From Polyangium spumosum (GTDB taxonomy: Bacteria; Myxococcota_A; Polyangia; Polyangiales; Polyangiaceae): 32,684 nucleotides of DNA. Within the stretch, counting starts at the first letter, position 1. Each line of letters begins with the position of its first letter. The notes under the pieces were generated by a model. The model was not told where the DNA came from. It saw only the letters and a program-made list of their open reading frames with translations, and ran no database searches. Location of the stretch: assembly GCF_009649845.1 (NCBI RefSeq), contig NZ_WJIE01000009.1:1-32684 (forward strand). The letters run 5' to 3'. Shown here piece by piece: positions 31,195-32,684 of this stretch. The translations under genes and the position numbers were made by a program.

Positions 31195-32684
31195 ATGGAG
31201 CGCTGGGACACGATCGTCGTGGGATCGGGGTCGGGGGGCCTCACGGCCGCGCTCGCGCTCGCGCGGGCCGGGCAGCGGGTGCTCGTCCTCGAACAGCATT
31301 ATCTGCCGGGCGGCTGGACGCACAGCTTCGCGCTCGAAGGTTATCGGTTCAGCCCCGGCGTCCATTACATCGGCGAGCTCGGCCCCGGCGAATCCGTCCG
31401 CGCCCTTTACGAGGGCCTCGGCCTCGCCCCGGACCTCGTCTTCCACGAGCTCGCCCCGGACGGGTTCGACCATTTCGTCATCGGCGGCGAGCGGTTCGAC
31501 GTCCCTGCCGGCTTCGATCGATATTTCGAGCGCCTCGTCTCCCGCTTCCCGCACGAGCGAAAGGGCCTCGAGAAATACTTCGACGTCGTCGGCCGCATCG
31601 TCGCCGACACCCTCCGCTGCGAGGAGCTGCTCGCCTCGCCGGGCGGCGCCCTCACGCTCCCGTTCCGCGCCCGGAGCCTCGCCGTCTGGGGCCTGCGCAC
31701 CCAGCGCGCGCTGCTCGACGGCACCATCCGCGATCCGCTCCTCCGCGGCATCCTCGCCGCGCAATCGGGCAACCACGGCCTGCCCCCCTCGCGTGTCTCG
31801 CTCCCGCTCCACGCCCGCATGATCACCCATTATTACGGCGGCGGTTTTTATCCACGCGGCGGCGCCAAGCGTATCCCCATGGCCATGATCAAGGCCCTGC
31901 GCAAGCGCGGCGGCGAGATCCGCCTCCGCGCCCGCGTCCGCCGCATCCTCGTCGAGGACGGCCGCGCGGCCGGCGTCGAGCTCGAATCCGGCGAGCGGTT
32001 CGCGTCCCGCGCCGTCGTCTCCAACGCCGACCCCGCGATCACCTTCGGCAAGCTCCTCGAGCCGCCCCACGGCGAGCGCGAGCGCCGGAAGACCCGCCGC
32101 ATGGAATACTCCGTCGGCCTGCTCAGCGTCTTCGCCGCCACCGACCTCGATCTACGCGCCCTGGGCCTCGACTCGGGCAATTACTGGATCTATCGCACGC
32201 TCGACGTGAGCGGCGTCTACGAGCGCGCCCTCCACGCGCTCCCCCAGGGCCTCATCGAGGGCCTCTTCCTCACGGTCACCACGCTGAAGGACCCCGGCCA
32301 CGCCCCGAAGGGCCACCATACCCTCGAGCTCTTCACGTTCGTCCCCTACGAGCCCTTCGAGGCCTGGGCCGGCACCACCGCGGCCCGCCCCGCGGCCTAT
32401 CGCGACCTCAAGGAGCGCCTCGGCGACGCCATGATCGCCGCCGCCGAGCGCGTGATCCCCGGGCTCGGCAAGAACCTCGTCTTCCGCTCCGTCGGCACGC
32501 CCCTCACGAACGACTTTTATTGCGAGACCCACCGCGGCGCGAGTTACGGCACCGCAAAGCTCCCGTCCCAGCTCGGCCCCTTTTCGTTCCCCATTCGCTC
32601 GAGCGTCCCCGGCCTCTACAACGTCGGCGCCAGCACGATCAGCCACGGCGTCGCGGGCGCCGCCACCTCCGGCCTCTTCGCGGC
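31195..32684 (+). CDS. FAD/NAD(P)-binding oxidoreductase, phytoene-desaturase/RetSat (CrtI-like) family; 3'-truncated by window end
   Basis: Not in the ORF track because no stop falls inside the window. The ATG at 31195 has GAGGAGG 6 nt upstream. Translation MERWDTIVVGSGSGGLTAALALARAGQRVLVLEQHYLPGGWTHSFALEGYRFSPGVHYIGE... shows a Rossmann GxGxxG dinucleotide-binding fold and the typical CrtI-family N-terminus. GC3 is very high for about 496 codons without a stop. Confidence 0.85.
   Translation, partial: MERWDTIVVGSGSGGLTAALALARAGQRVLVLEQHYLPGGWTHSFALEGYRFSPGVHYIGELGPGESVRALYEGLGLAPDLVFHELAPDGFDHFVIGGERFDVPAGFDRYFERLVSRFPHERKGLEKYFDVVGRIVADTLRCEELLASPGGALTLPFRARSLAVWGLRTQRALLDGTIRDPLLRGILAAQSGNHGLPPSRVSLPLHARMITHYYGGGFYPRGGAKRIPMAMIKALRKRGGEIRLRARVRRILVEDGRAAGVELESGERFASRAVVSNADPAITFGKLLEPPHGERERRKTRRMEYSVGLLSVFAATDLDLRALGLDSGNYWIYRTLDVSGVYERALHALPQGLIEGLFLTVTTLKDPGHAPKGHHTLELFTFVPYEPFEAWAGTTAARPAAYRDLKERLGDAMIAAAERVIPGLGKNLVFRSVGTPLTNDFYCETHRGASYGTAKLPSQLGPFSFPIRSSVPGLYNVGASTISHGVAGAATSGLFA

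Noticed and set aside
31012-32070. N-terminal 353 codons of track ORF 27799..32070(-).
   Set aside because: The sequence is Gly/Asp/Ala/Arg noise. It is antisense to a high-confidence + strand oxidoreductase gene and crosses a 183-bp divergent promoter region. The ATG at 31011 has a strong SD and starts the kinase domain.

Overview
The window is 32.7 kb of very GC-rich DNA (roughly 70% by eye) with extreme third-codon-position G/C bias. The long 'ORFs' antisense to real genes are therefore artefacts. The gene content points to a Myxococcota chromosome (Sorangiineae/Polyangiaceae-like): a MYXO-CTERM sorting tail, a DUF4388 domain, myxo-type Cys-rich repeats, several Hanks kinases, a sigma-54 activator and poly-Ser linkers. 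Nt 1-13,150 hold the universally conserved core cluster, all on the + strand: tuf (3' end), rpmG, tRNA-Trp, secE, nusG, rplK, rplA, rplJ, rplL, rpoB and rpoC. It ends in a strong intrinsic terminator, and a terminator-like hairpin sits between rplL and rpoB. The remaining ~19.5 kb looks accessory or signalling-rich. It encodes a multidomain c-di-GMP-type protein (GspE-N/MshEN-like, degenerate HD-GYP, receiver, DUF4388), a secreted DUF2330-like protein with a MYXO-CTERM tail, and panB. A modular Cys-rich lipoprotein follows, flanked by copies of a ~42-bp palindromic element that also supplies the stop codons of three genes. Next are a DUF58 and BatA-like VWA pair with no MoxR gene, and a small Cys-containing lipoprotein. 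Then comes a striking in-phase tandem-repeat block (22 bp x3.5, then 21 bp x14) at the 5' end of a Ser/Thr kinase gene that is coupled to a GAF-type sigma-54 activator. On the opposite strand, a receptor-type Ser/Thr kinase with a ~700-aa helical-repeat ectodomain is followed by two tandem paralogous lipoproteins of unknown family. This unit is preceded by sigma-54-type promoter matches and a candidate enhancer palindrome. A divergent FAD-dependent (CrtI/RetSat-like) oxidoreductase runs off the 3' end of the window and is missing from the ORF track. Coordinates for non-CDS features were read off the printed line labels and may be off by 1-2 nt.
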